Assembly (NCBI GenBank): GCA_030390025.1 | Contig: CM059432.1 | Span: 77,006,001 to 77,070,000, forward strand | Direction of reading: 5' to 3' | Length of the DNA stretch: 64,000 nt | Origin: Squalus acanthias | Taxonomy: Eukaryota | In this document: in pieces, positions 13,742 to 27,870 of the stretch | How positions within the stretch are numbered: position 1 is the stretch's first letter | Layout of the letters: each line of letters begins with the position of its first letter | Made by a program: the position numbers and the translations under genes | The notes under the pieces: model-generated | Told to the model about the DNA's origin: nothing | Database searches by the model: none | The model's input: only the letters and a program-made list of their open reading frames with translations

Positions 13742-14203
13742 AAAGAAAAGAAAGACTTGCATTTATATAGCGCCTTTCATGACCACCGGACACCTCAAAG
13801 CGCTTTAAAGCCAATGAAGTACTTTTGGAGTGTAGTCACTGTTGTAATGTGGGAAATGTGGCAGCCAATTTGCGCACAGCAAGCTCCCACAAACAGCAAT
13901 GTGATAATGACCAGATAATCTGTTTTTGTTATGTTGATTGAGGGATAAATATTGGCCAGGACACCTCCCCTGCTCTTCTTCGAAATAGTGCCACGGGATC
14001 TTTTACGTCCACCTGAGAGAGCAGACTGGGCCTCGGTTTAACATCTCATCCGAAAGACGGCACCTCTGACAGTGCAGCACTCCCTCAGCACTGCACTGGA
14101 GTGTCAGCCTAACTTTATGTGCTCAAGTCCCTGGAGTGGGACTTAGAACCCACAACCTTCTGACTCAGAGGCGAGTGTGCTACCAGCTGAGCCACAGCTG
14201 ACA
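13742..14203 (-). mobile_element. tRNA-derived DeuSINE (SacSINE1-like), full length
   Basis: On the minus strand: A box TGGCTCAGCTGG, B box GGTTCTAAGTCC, Deu-like core GGTGCCGTCTTTCGGATGAGATGTTAAACCGAGG...AAAGATCCCGTGGCAC, L2-type tail GGCGCTATATAAATGCAAG(TCTT)n. Confidence 0.85.
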
Positions 14204-15434
14204 CAATCTATGAAACGCATGGAATAAATGAAAACTATTGATTACTCCAAATTGAGAACTGTTTTAGATTAGTACTTAAGCATCTTGTATCACAGCTGCC
14301 AAGATAATTAAGTGATTAGGTGAATTTAGAAGTTTTCTAGACACAGGTTCGCATCCTTCCTGGATAGTTAATATTGATAACATATATATGACATTTATAT
14401 TTGGGTTTGCTTCTAATAATTGCATAACACAAAAGGAGTTACATTTTGTTTCTAAAATAAAGTCCTGAACAAATAGCAGTTTTTGTGTTAATTTGTGCTG
14501 TAATGGTTCCTAATGGTTCCCTGCACAAGGTGATAAACGCTAAGTGAAGTGGATAGGTTTTCTATAAATTGATAGTGTGCACTGTTAGTGTGCCTATATT
14601 ATTGGTTGTTCAGAAAAGGTGAGCGTAGAATGGGCAATCACCATCGAAATGCGGTTTATGTTGTGTAAAAATAGGGTAGCATCTTAGGAATATCACAATT
14701 CTGAATATGCAAATTTCTAAATATATTTGTAAGATGAAATATGTAGTCATTAAAAATAGTCAAACTTCATTCTGGGATGAACATAAAAATAGTCTTGCAG
14801 GAATTGTTCCAGCAGCCTCTTGCACAATGTACTTGTATGATTTATCTCCTGGCCACTAACTTGTCTGTTCCTTTAAAATGATTTCTCCTATTTTGTGCCT
14901 TGGTCTGATATTAAATTGAAAAACTATTATTTTTATATTTAGGAAAGAGTATTAGGAAAGAATTTGTGTTTAATTTTATCCCATATAGAAGTGAAATATT
15001 CCTGTCAGAAAAATCCACTTTAACATTCCTGTTTCCTATTAGTGTTACAGTAAGTCAAAAAGTAAGTATTCAAAAGGGGACTGGACGAGTTTCTGAGAGT
15101 GGCCAACATAACTGCATACACAAGGTAGGTGGGAACTTCCCAGAGTCTTTTCCTAAATTGGCCGAAGTTTCCCTCGATTATTTTTGCTTGTCCCAGGCGA
15201 TTGTATAGCTGGTGGGTGGAAGGGGAGAATGGGAGTGATGGGGTACGGATGTTACACCATAACAGAATAGGACAGCTGGTTTTTACCTGTCCTTTTTCAG
15301 TGTATGAACACCCATAGTACACGGTATGGACAGAATGTATGCATTTGTGTGTATTATTTGTGCTTATTGGTACAGTTTATGTACTTCATTATTTACTCTA
15401 AGCCAATTCACTGTTACATGCACCTATAGACTTA

Positions 15435-15976
15435 GGGGGAAAAATTGGGTTGCTAATGCACGGGCGCGGCACTGCGCTGCTAATGCCACCCACAAAATAC
15501 AGCGGGAGATTAGCGGCAGCGGTAGCTGGTAGCGCCCTGTGGCGCTGCACCACCCGTGATGACGTCATCACTGTGTGCAGCGCCCCACTCGCCCCCCGGC
15601 CGCAAACTTCGGTTGCGCCCCCTGCCTATCGCCGGACGATATATCTGACAGGGTCAGGGTGGCGTTTTTGCAACCCGGCGGCACAAGTTAAAGGGCAGGT
15701 GTCGGGCGGCCATTTTTTTTGGGCTGACTGCCAATACCTGCCCCCTTCCCCTTTTTTATTCGGGGTTCTGGCCGCGATCGTGCTTTCCCGGCACCCCGCT
15801 CCCCGCTCAGGTGGAGCGCTTCCAGTAGCACCCCGCCTCCTGCTTGGGACACTACCACTGAATTTACAGCGCAGGGGCACTTACTTTTTCGGGGCGCTAA
15901 CTTTATCGGGGCACTAAAAGTAGCGCCCCCGGGCAAAGTTGGCACCCCAAAGGGGATGCCACCAAATTTATCCCCC
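15435..15976. mobile_element. PIF/Harbinger (Tourist-like) MITE
   Basis: 16-bp TIRs GGGGGAAAAATTGGGT / GGGGGATAAATTTGGT (rc). TTA target duplication at 15432-15434 and 15977-15979. GC/CpG-rich and non-coding. Confidence 0.9.
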
Positions 15977-17065
15977 TTAGATTTTTAATTACCCCTGCAG
16001 TCCCTTATAGTTCTCTCAGTTGCACCATCTTACAGGTTTATGTATCAATGTGAAGATACCTCTCTTAAAATATTTCTTCCATTTTACCAATTTGATCTTC
16101 CTGTACTTTACATCATCCACATACCAGATGGAAGGTAGGTGGCTAAACCTTGGGAACGCATACAGAAGTGTCCCTGCTAGGTCTCTCCCTCCAATTCTTC
16201 CATGTGAGAAAGCACCAGGTCTCTGTTCAACACTGCGCACAATACATCTGAGTTTGGGGACTCGGACAATCACATGTGTGATCCCATGTCCAACCTCTCT
16301 GTAGCTCCAATGTGCTGAACCACTGCTAACTCAATTGTGAGCATCAGTTCAACAGATTCCCAAACAGTTCTGAATTATTATTACCCAAGTTTGTGGTTTA
16401 CAACAAAAATAAATTCTGAAACAGCACTCGAGGGAACAGGAACCACCAAAATATGAGCCAATAAATCTCAAGATGTAAAAATCAATGTTTTTCTCAAATG
16501 ACTTTGAAATTATTGTAAATACAACAAATATGGCATATTGGAAAGCTGTTGCACTTTTTACTACATTTATATTTACTACAAAAATAGCAGTAACAGCTCT
16601 TATTGAAAACTGGACTAAGATCGAGTTAAAGATTTGATACAATTTTCAATGTAATGCAGTTGTCTTTCATGTGGAAATTACAGTATAAATAAGATCAGTA
16701 ATCTTAAACATTTTTTGCAATTTATGATAATGTAAGCGTTTTTTTTAGTATGCAAATGATATACAAACTTGGTTCTGAATAATTAAGTTGAGCAACATTT
16801 ACTTTTTTCTGAAAAGGTATTGATTTAATATAAAGTGTCTTCCTTCCAAATACCTTTGTTAGAATTACCATCAAAAATAACAGTTCATAAAATAATATAT
16901 TTTGGATTTTTATGCTGCTATACATAAAAGTTACATATTTGTACAATTGAATTAAGTCATTGTATGTTGGTGAATAATGTTCCTGTACAAGTTGTAAAGT
17001 AGTCTAATGTTTTTAAAACTATTAGAGGCTGAAATTTCACTCCAGTGTTTTAATGGGACAGACAT

Positions 17066-19165
17066 TTCCACTTGTCCTCACCAATCTACCTGTCACAGAT
17101 GCATCTGTCCATGACAGTATTGGTAGCAGTGACCACCGCACAGTCATTGTGGAGACGAAGTCCCATCTTCACACTGAGGACACCCTCCATCGTGTTGTGT
17201 GGTACTACCACGAAGCTAAATTGGATAAACTCAGAACAGATCTAATAGCTCAAAACTGGGCATCTATGGGGCGCTGTGGGCCATCAGCAGCAGCAGAATT
17301 GTATTCCACCACAATCTGTAACCTCATGGCCCGGCATATCCCTCGCTCTACCATTACCATCAAGCCAGGAGGCGCTCCATGAATATCTCCATCCTCAATG
17401 ATGGTGGAGCCCAGCACGTGAGTGCAAAAGACAAGGCTGAAGTGTTTGCAAACATCTTCAGCCAGAAGTGCCGAGGTTATGATCCATATCGGCCTCCTCC
17501 TGAGGTCCCCACTATCACAGAAGCCAATTCGATTCACTCCACGTGTTATCAAGAAACGGCTGAGTGCACTGGATACAGCAAAGGCCATGGACCCCGAAAA
17601 CATCCCGGCTGTCGTGCTGAAGACTTGTGCTCCAGAACTAGCTGCCCCTCTAGCCAAACTGTTCCAGTACAGCTACAACACTAGCATCTATCCGACAATG
17701 TGGAAAACTGCCCAGGTATGTCCTGTCCACAAAAAGCAGGACAAATCCAATCCGGCCAATTACCGCCCCGTCAGTCTACTCTCAATCATCAGCAAAGTGA
17801 TGGAAGGTGTCATCGACAGTGCTATCAAGCGACACTTACTCACCAATAACCTGCTCACTGATGCCCAGTTTGGGTTCTGCCAAGACCACTCGGCTCCCGA
17901 CCTCATTACAGCCTTGGTCCAAATATGGACAAAGGAGTTGAATTCCAGATTTGAGGTGAGAGTGACTGCCCTTGACATCAAGGCAACATTTGACCGAGTG
18001 TGGCATCAAGGAGCCCTAGTAAAACTGAAGTCAATGGGAATCGGGGGGAAACCTCTCCATTGGAAGGAGTCATACCTAGCACAAAGGAAAATGGTTGTGG
18101 TGGTTGGAGGTCAATCATCACAGCCCCAGGACATCGCTATAGGAGTTCCTCAGGGCAGTGTTCAAGGCCCAACCATCTTCAGCTGCTTCATCAATGACCT
18201 TCCCTCTAATATAAGGTCAGAAATGGGGATGCTCGCTGATGACTGCACAGTGTTCAGTGCCATTCACAACTCCTCAGATAATGAGGCAGTCTACGCCCAC
18301 ATGCAACAAGACCTGGACGACGTTCAGGCTTGTGCTGATAAGTGGCATGTAACATTCGCGCCACACAAGTGCTAGGCAATGACTATCGCTAACAAGCGAG
18401 AGTCTAACCACCGCCCTTGACATTCAACAACATTAACATCACCGAATCCCCCACCATCAACATCCTGGGGGTCACCATTGACCAGAAACTTAACTGGACC
18501 AGCCACACAAATACTGTGGCAACAAGAGCAGGTCAGAGGCTAGGTATTCTGCGGCTAGTGTCTCACCTCCTGACTCCCCAAAGCCTTTCCACCATCTACA
18601 AGGCATAAGTCAGGAGTGTGATGGTAATGGTAGAGCGAGGGATATGCCGGGCCATGAGGTTACAGATTGCCTGGATGAGTGCAGATCCAACAACACTCAA
18701 GAAGCTCAACACCATCCAGGACAAAGCAGCCCGCTTGATTGGCACCCCATTCACCACCTTAAACATTCACTCCCTCCACCACTGGCGTACCGTGGCTGCA
18801 GTGTGTACCATCTACAAGATGCACTGCAGCAACTCACCAAGGCTTCTTCAGCAGCACCTCCCAAACCCGCAACCTCTTCCACCTAGAAGGATAAGGGCAG
18901 CAGGCGCATGGGAACACCATCACCTCCAAGTTCCCCTCCAAGTCACACACCATCCTGACTTGGAAGTATATCGCCGTTCCTTCATCGTCGCTGGGTCAAA
19001 ATCCTGGCACTCCCTCCCTAACAGCACTGTGGGAGTACCTTTACCACACGGACTGCAGTGGTTCAAGAAGGCGGCTCACCACCACCTTCTCAAGGGCAAT
19101 TAGGGATGGGCAATAAATGCTGGCCTTGCCAATGACGCCCACATCCCATGAACGAATAAAAAAAA
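17066..19165 (+). mobile_element. Non-LTR retrotransposon (CR1/L2 group), 5'-truncated, internally deleted, inactive
   Basis: Endonuclease C-terminus (GSSDH), RT motifs NYRPVSLL, QFGF, LDIKATFDRVWH, GVPQGSVQGP, LADD; contains stop codons; A-rich tail. Confidence 0.88.
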
Positions 19166-19379
19166 ATTCACTTAGCCCAGAGAGAGCAGAACACCAGGAT
19201 CCTTGTCAGTGTATCTTATTAGTGCTTGCCCCAGGTTGTCCAGTGGTTCTATCAGGAAGAAACTTATTTTAGGTCAGACTTAAAATGTTCTTCTTTGTTA
19301 AGATCATTAATATTAATGCACTACCACAGCTGTGTAATAAGTGAATAATATTGAGTTTTCTGCCCAAAAACATTGGTGT

Positions 19380-19690
19380 ACCATCTACAGGCAGGCACAT
19401 CACAGTGGACGAGCAGAAGAGTGTAGCCCAGGAGCAAAGCCAGGCATAAGAAGCAGAGTACCACAACAGATGGGATTGCAGTACGTGAGTTGGTTGAGGT
19501 TCAGTAGGGAGGCTGTGTCAGAGGTGTGCCACTTGGTCGACAAAGACCTGCAGGGATAGGCAACTGCCAATGACACCACTGTCCTCAATGTTTATGCCAC
19601 ATGGACCTTCCAGACACCCACTGGAGATATCTTAGGAATCAACCACTTTGCCATACACAGCTCCATTAAGGATATAATTGAGGCCGTGGG
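19380..19690 (+). pseudogene. Highly degenerate Harbinger transposase N-terminal fragment
   Basis: WLRFSREAVSEVCHLVDKDLQ resembles RLRFSKEVVTELCHRLQPDLQ of element B and is followed by a FYATxxFQ...GDI-like remnant. Confidence 0.65.
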
Positions 19691-19857
19691 GACATCCCTC
19701 TATACTAAAGATAATATAAATACAAGTTGATGTTGTTTTTCACCACGCTCACCTACGCACACTTTACCTGTAACCAGCAGTAGCAGCTACACAGGCAAAA
19801 TAGTTTTTGTTTTTACAAATTGCTGCCTCCTCTAATGTACTGGGCATTATTCTCTGT

Positions 19858-20240
19858 ATTCTCCCTCCACCACTGGTGCACCGTGGCTGCAGTGTGTACC
19901 ATCTACAGGATGCACTGCAGCATCTCGCCAAAGCTTCTTCGGCTGCACCTCCTGAACCTGCGACCTACACCACTTAGACACGGGCAGCAGGCGCATGGGA
20001 ACACCATCGACTCTAAGTTCCCCTCCAAGTCACACACCATCCTGACTTGGAAATATAGTGCCGTTTCTTCAATGTCACTGGGTCAAAATCCTGGAACTCT
20101 CTCCCTAGCAGCATTGTGGGAGTACCACATGGACTGCAGAGGCTCAGGAAGGCAGCCCACCAGCAGCTTCTCAAGGACAACTTGGGCAATAAATGCTGAC
20201 CTTGCCAGCAACACCTAAATCTCAAGAATGAAGTAAAAAA
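19858..20240 (+). mobile_element. 3' fragment of the same LINE family as 17066-19165
   Basis: Direct similarity to 18767-19165 (SLHHWCTVAAVCTIYRMHCS and the tail). Confidence 0.88.
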
Positions 20241-21351
20241 GGACCTTTTGGCTGTTGATAATCAGCAGCCAAGAGGTCCCAATCTATGAGGTCTGACATG
20301 CACAGCCTGTAGCTGTGCCTCACCTTCCTTTCCATGGGACAGGCCTGTGTTGGGGGTATCACCTGGCCATGTGACAGGAAACCTGGACTGGAGCTGGGCA
20401 GGAGCGCCCAGGAAAATCTGCAGGATAGGATTAATTTGATAAATCCTTGATTTTTCTCCCATATTTAACTGTTGCTGTTAATTCAAGAGGATCAACCTAC
20501 AACATGGATAGTAAACTAGGTTTAAGTTTTGTAACAACAAGTTTTGGTACATCAGTGCTCCACATCTAGCCCCAGGACAAAGAGATTTGTTCCTCCAAGA
20601 GGTTTAATACTTCACAAGCTGTTCACTGTAGTAGAGTAATAAACATCGTACTGAAAACAAAATGCACAGCTATGTCTGTGTGTATTTAATCACTAGACTA
20701 GGAGATGGCTAAAATTAACATACAGATTTGGCAGCCCCGGAACAGAGGCTGCTGATGTAGAGTTGGTACCTGGAGGATGGGAGAAGTCAGTAAGGGAGAA
20801 AATCGACTCAACGGAACTCTGACTCTGAAATACTGTTAGCACTAATCCTAAATAACTGGTCGATCATGCCCTTAGCAAAATCATATTTTTCATAATTCAG
20901 TCAGTGAATGTTATACTGCTTATCTACCATGAGGAAACTGGCATTGTAAGGTGAAACCAGACATTGCTAATGTTTAGGGAGCAGCCTCATTAATGGAGAT
21001 TTGGATCCAGGATTGTGCTGGTTTTGTTTTCTTATTAGTATGTATCTCAATCCTGGTTTCAATCCACCCTTTAGGAATGTGTATAATCATTAACTGTGTT
21101 GCTGAAGTAACTATTAAAAGCTGTGAGAGCTGGTTTGAGGTTAGTTCTACCAGTGGTATAGAATGAGAAGAGCAAAGTGTTGTTGATAATTCCTGAGAGC
21201 AGCTTTAGGGATGCAATTGCTTGTTTTTTTTACCGGAAATGACTGTAGGCTTGGTTTAAATGATATCTAACTCAACCTGACTAGACAATTACTTCTAGTA
21301 TTTATTATTTTAATTGCTTCCCTAACATGGCACAAATTAAGATGAGGGCAA

Positions 21352-22638
21352 CAGGTACAAAGCACAGAACATGAGGGAGAGGGAGAGAACTGCAGGTGGT
21401 CCTCCAAACATCTCGTAACTGACAAGCACAGAAGATGGCGCTGGAAATCAGTGGAGTTTCAGTGTCCCTGTCCATCAGAGATGGGGAGACAGGGAGCTTC
21501 CAGCTACCTGGTGACACAATTAAATATTAGCGACCCACATGTCATACGGCACTCAGTCATGTTGACTTGATTTCAAAAGCGAGTGAAATATGATCATCTT
21601 CATAATGATAACTTGCAACATATTCTTACCTTGCCAGGACTAATTCATTTCTTTTATCTCCCACAGGGCCTTCACGCGTGCAACAGGAGTCGGTGGACGT
21701 GGCTGACGACGAGTCCTCAGAGGAGCTGAGTCCCTCTGAGGGTGCACCATCACAGGACTCATGCAGACCATGCACCAGCTCAGATACTCACACTTCAGTG
21801 GGATCATATAGGCAGGTTTTCACCTGGTGACTAGTGAGCAAGAGCAGATGGTAGTGACAGGGACAGCTGTGGAGAGTCCGCGTCAGAGGACGCAGCCCTC
21901 TCCAAGCTCTACTCAGCTGGACACAGACGCTGTACTCCGGGGGCCAGCGATGAACAGGAGAATCATTGAGGGGCAACAGACAATGTGCGATGCACTGACA
22001 GGCCTTCAAAGCACACTGACCACGATTGCAGAGAGAATGGAGGAGTCCACCTCAAACATGAGTGGGTTGATGTCGCAGGGCATTGCAATGATGTCTTCTT
22101 GCAATGATAGAGTGGCCAGCTCTGTGGAACATCAAATGCTTCAATCAAATGAGTCTATGCACACTTTGACCACAGCCGTGCAGACTCTGTATTACAACAT
22201 GTCTGCCACCTTGAATAGGATGACAGATACTCTAGCCTTGGCCTTACAATGCCGCGCTGATCCGCACCAAAGTGCTCTCCACTACAGTGGTAGCAGTGAA
22301 ATGTGGCTGGGCCATGAGAGGGATGATGGCGAAAGGGGAGATGGAAGTGGGGACTCCACTCAAACCACTCCCACTTCTCACCCATTTCCTCCCCACACCC
22401 CCGCCACCCTGCAGTCAGTATCTGCCTCGTCTCCCAATGGCTGAGTCTGCCCCTGCACAGGTGCAGGTGAAGCAGTCTTTGGCGGGGCCCTCACAGGCTT
22501 CAAAACCCAGAGGATAGGGGCCAAGAGCATCTGAGCAGTCAGAGCAAGGATTTGAGCAGCCTGCCTCTACCTCTACTCAAGCCATAGGGATTGCACCACG
22601 TAGGAGTAGTAGAAAAAGGAAGAGTAAGGCTTTGTAGT
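21352..22638 (+). pseudogene. Harbinger Myb/SANT accessory gene, exons 2-3 remnant (element D)
   Basis: Homologous to element C exon 2 (RERERTxGGPP) and exon 3 (QEQMVVTGTAVESP, GHERDDGERGDGSGDS, MAESAPAQ). Acceptor ccacag at ~21666. Frameshifts and stops present. Confidence 0.8.
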
Positions 22639-23836
22639 TGAACAAGGGTATGCACATGAGTGTCTGAGAAAATGTGTTGATAAGTTTCTGTTGTTTAGTT
22701 AAAGCACATGAATATTATTATTTTGTACCGCTTTCCTATCGTGTCTATTCTTGGGTGCTGGGTGGCAAGTCGCTTTTTAACTTAAATAAAAACAGAAAAT
22801 GCTGGAAATACTTAGCAGGTCAGGCAGCATCTATGGAGAGTGAAACAAAATTAACGTTTTAGGTCGATGACCTTTAATCAGAACTGGAAAAAATTAGAGA
22901 TGTAACAGTTTTTATGCAAGTACAGAGGCAGGAAAAGGGGGGAGGGGAGGAAAGAATAAAAGGGAAGGTCTGTGATAGGGTGGAAGGTAGGAGAGATTAA
23001 ATGACAAGAGGGATCACTTCCTCCAAATAAAAGATGTTGCTATGGGAACCCATATGGTTCCAAGCTATGCTTGCCTATTCGTGGGATATGTGGAACATTC
23101 TTTCTTCCAGTCCTACTCAGGTGCCCTCCCTCACCTCTTTTACTAGTACACTGATGACAGAATCGGTGATGTTTCCTGCTCTCGCCCAAACTGGAAAATT
23201 TCATCAACGTTGCTTCCAACTTCCTCCCATTCTTCACCTTCACATAGTCCATCTCAGACTCTTCCCTTCCCTTCCTCGACTTCTCTATCTCCATTTCTAT
23301 GGATAATCTATCGACCAGTATTCCCTATAACCCCACTGACTCCCACAGTTACCTTGACTACACTCCGTCCCACCCCGCTTCCGATAAGGACTCTACGCCA
23401 TTATCCCAGTTTCTCTGTCTCTGTCGCATCTGTTCTGACGAGGTCACCTTCCTTACCAGTGCTTTCGATATGTCTTCCTTTTTCCTCAGCCGAGGAGTCG
23501 CCTCCACCATGGTTGATAGGGCCCTCGGCCGTGTCCGTCCCATTTTCCACACTTCTGCTCTCACCCCTTCCCCTGCCTTCCAGAACCATGATAGGGTTCC
23601 CCTTGTCCTCACCTTCCACCCCACCAGCCTCCACATTCAACGGAATATCCTCCACCATTTCCGCGACCTCCAGCGTGATGGCACCACAAAACACATCTTC
23701 CCCTCTCCTCCCCTTTCAGCATTCTGAAGGGACCATTCCCTCTGCGACACCCTGGTCCTCAATCACCCCCAACTCAGCTTCCCACTGCACCTCCCCGTGC
23801 AAGCGCAAGAGATGCAACACCTGCCCTTTTACCTCT

Positions 23837-26800
23837 TCATAAGAACATAAGATGTAGGAGCAGGAGTAGGTCATTTGGCCCCTCGAGCCTGCTCCGCCAT
23901 TCAATAAGATCATGGCTGATCTGATCTTGGCCTCAACTCCACTTCCCTGCCCGCTCCCCATAACCCTTGACTCCCTTACCTTTCAAAAATCTGTCTATCT
24001 CCACCTTAAATATATTCAATGACCCAGCCTCCACAGCTCTATGGGGAAGAGAATTCCAAAGATTCACGACCCTCTGAGAGAAGAAATTCCTCCTCATTTC
24101 CGATTTAAAAGGGTGCCCCCTTATTCTGAAATTATGCCCCCTAGTTCTAGATTCCCCCATGAGGGGAAACATCCTCTCTGCATCTACCCTGTCAAGCCCC
24201 TTCAGAATCTTATATGTTTCAATAAGATCCCCTCTCATTCTTCTAAACTCCAATGAGTATAGGCCCAACCTGCTCAACCAATCTTTTTTTATAAGACAAC
24301 CCCTTCATCTCCGGAATCAACCTCGTGAACCTTCTCTGAACTGCCTCCAATGCAAGTATATCCTTCCTTAAATAAGGAGACCAAAACTATATGCAGTACT
24401 CCAGGTGCGGTCTCACCAACACCCTGTACAGTTGTAACAGGACTTCCCTACTTTTATACTCCATTCCCTTTGCAATAAAGGCCAACATTCCATTTGCCTT
24501 CCTAATTACTTGCTGTACCTGCATGCTAACTTTTTGTGATTCATGTACAAGGACCCCCAGATCCCTCTCTACCTCAGCATTTTGTAATCTCTCTCCATTT
24601 AAATAATTGTTTTTTTATTTTTCCTACCAAAGTGGATAACCTTGCATTTTCCCACATTAAACTCCATCTGCCAGATTTTTGCCCACTCACTTAGCCTATC
24701 TATATCTCTTTGGAGATTCTTTGCACCCTCCACACGATTTGCTTTCCCACCTATCTTTGTATCATCAGAAAATTTGGCTACATTACACTCAGTCCCTTCA
24801 TCCAAGTCATTAATATAGATTATAAATAGTTAAGGCCCCAGCACTGATCCCTGCGGCACCCCACTAGTTACAGTTTGCCAACCTGAAAATGACCCATTTA
24901 TCCCGACTCTCTGTTTTCTGTCAGTTAGCCAATCCTCTATCCATGCTAATATATTACCCCCAACCCCGTGAGCGCTTATCTTGTGTAGTAACCTTTTATG
25001 TGGCACCTTATCAAATGCCTTCTGGAAATCCAAATACACGACATCTACTGGTTCCCCTTTATCCACCCTGCTTGTTACATCCTCAAAGAACTCCAGCAAA
25101 TTTGTCAAACATGATTTCCCTTTCATAAAACCATGCTGACTCTGCTTGACTATATTATGATTTCCTAAATGTCCTGCTACCACTTCCTTAATGATGGACT
25201 CCAGCATTTTCCCAGTGACAGATGTTAGGCTAACTGGTCGATAGTTGCCTGCTTTCTGTCTCCCTCCTTTCTCAAATAGGGGCGTTACATTTGCGGTTTT
25301 CCAGTCCGCTGGGACCTCTCCAGAATCCAGGGAATTTTGGTAGATTATAACCAATGCATCCACTATCTCTGCAGCTACCTCTTTTAAGACTCTAGGGTGC
25401 AGGCCATCAGTTCCAGGGGACTTGTCCACCTTTAGTCTCATTAGTTTGCCTAGTACTTTCTCTCTAGTGATAGTGATTGTTTTAAGTTCCTCCCCCCCAC
25501 CCCCAACCCCAATAGCCCCTTGATTATCCATTATTGGGATGCTTTTAGTGTCTTCTACCGTGAAGACCGATACAAAATATTTGTTCAAAGTCTCCGTCAT
25601 TTTCCTGTTTCCCATTATTAATTCGCCAGACTCATCCTGTAGGGGACCAACGTTTACTTTAGCTACTCTCTTCCTTTTTATATACTTATAGAAGCTCTTA
25701 CTGTCTGTTTTTATATTTCTTGCTAGCTTACTTTCATAAGCTATCTTCTCTCTCTTTATCATTTTTTAGTCATCCTTTGCTGGTTTTTAAACATTTCCCA
25801 ATCCTCTGGCCTTTCACTATTCTTTGCAACATTGTATGCTTTTGTTTTCAATTTGATACCATCCTTTACTTCCTTAGTTAGCCATGGATGGTTCATCCTT
25901 CTCTTAGAGTCTTTTTTTCTCACTGGAATATATCTTTGCTGAGAGTTATGAAATATCTCCTTAAATATTTGCCACTGCTTTTCTACAGTCTTACCCTGTA
26001 ATATATTTCCCCAGTCCACTTTAACTAAGTCTGCCTTCATACCTTTGTAATTACCTTTGTTTAAGTTCAGGACACTAGTTTGAGAACTAGCTTTCTCACC
26101 CTCAAACTGAATTTGAAATTCTACCATGCTATGATCACTCTTCCCAAGAGGATCCTTCACTTCACACTCATTAATTAATCCAGTCTCATTACACATTACC
26201 AGATCTAAAATAGTCTTCTTCCTGGTTGGTTCCACAACATATTGCTCCAAGAAACCATCCTGTAGATACTCTAAGAACTCTTCCTCAAGTCTACCTTTGC
26301 CAATTTGCTTTGTCCAATCAATATGAAGATTAAAATCTCCCATGATTACAGTCATACCTTTCTTACAAGCCTCTATTATTTCTTGATTTATACACTGTCC
26401 TACAGTGTGGCTTCTGTTTGGGGGCCTGTAGACCACTCCCACCAGTGACTTCTTACCTTTATTATTTCTTATCTCCACCCAAACTGATTCCACGTCTTGA
26501 TCTTCTAGGCCAATATCATTTCTCATTACTGCACTGATCTCATCCCTTATTAACAGAGCTACACCACCTCCTTTTCCTTTCTGCCTATCCTTACGAATTG
26601 GCAAATACCCCTGAATATTCAGTTCCGAGCCTTGGTCACCTTACAACCACGTCTCTGTAATGGCTATCAGATCATACCCATTTATTTCTATTTGTGCTGT
26701 CAACTGATCTATCTTGTTACAAATGCTGCGTGCGTTCAGATATAAAGCTTTTAATTTTGTCTTTTTACCATTTTTCCCTACTCTGACCCCACTTTCTGAT

Positions 26801-27262
26801 GCATTCTTATGTGTATACGCTCTGTCCCTTCCTGTCACACTCTGGTTATCATTACCCCTATCGCTACCCTGCACTTTTGCCTTCTCATTTTTCTTTGACT
26901 TTTTAAATTTCCGCTCAGCATATCCCTCCCCCCCCACTATTTAGTTTAAAGCCCTATCTACATCCCTAGTTATTCGATTCGCCAGGACACTGGTCCCAGC
27001 CTGATTCAAATGTTGCCCGTCCCGATGGAACAGCTCCCTCTTATCCCAGTACTGGTGCCAGAGCCCCAGGAATCGAAACCCATTTCTCCCACACCAATCT
27101 TTGAGCCACTCGTTCATCTCTCTGATCTTATTTACCCTATGCCAATTTGCATGTGGCTCAGTTAGTAATCCAGAGATTATTACCTTTGTGGTTCTGCTTT
27201 TTAACTTAGCCCCTAACTGCTCATACTCCCTCAGCAGAACCTCTTTCTTTGTCCTACCTTTG
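23837..27262 (-). mobile_element. CR1 LINE, 5'-truncated within ORF1, inactive
   Basis: End of ORF1 esterase (...RALN*), APE endonuclease, RT (VYLDFQKAFDKV, GVPQGSVLGP, FSDD), (TTCTTATG)n tail; frameshifted. Confidence 0.93.
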
Positions 27263-27870
27263 TCTTCCCTTCCCACTGTCCCACACTCCTTCCAGGTGAA
27301 ACAACGATTTACTTGTACTTCTTGCAATTTAGTATACTGTATTCGCTGCTCACGATGCAGCCTCCTCTACACTGGGGAGACCAAATGCAGATTGGGTGAC
27401 CGCTTTGCAGAACACCTTCATTCAGTCCGCAGGCGTGACCCCGAGTTTCCGGTCACCTGTCATTTTAATTCTCCACCTCACACCCACTCTGATCTCTCTG
27501 TCTTCGGCCTCCTACACTGTTCCAATGAAGCTTAATGTAAGCTTGAAGAACAGTACCTCATCTTTTGATTGGGCACTTTACAGCCTTCCGGACTCAACAT
27601 TGAGTTCAACAATTTCAGACCATAACCACTGCTCCTGTTTTTTTCAGACAGCAACTGTTGGTAATGGTTCTGTTCTTCCCATTTACACCTCCTCTAGACC
27701 CATCTTTTGTTTCTTTACTTGTCCCATTACCACTCCCTTTAGCCTTGAATCCTTATCCCTTTTATCATTTAATTTCTCCTGCCTTCCACCTTCACTTTCG
27801 TTCTTTCCTCCCCTCCCCCCTTTCCCTGCCTCTGTACCTGTTTAAAACCTGTTACAACGCTAACTATTTC

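Noticed and set aside
14130..14203. tRNA gene
   Set aside because: The A and B boxes belong to the SINE head; no full cloverleaf is evident.
17025..20420. A fifth large Harbinger bounded by aggctgaaatttc (17025)
   Set aside because: No convincing partner TIR or TSD; only the internal transposase fragment is reported.
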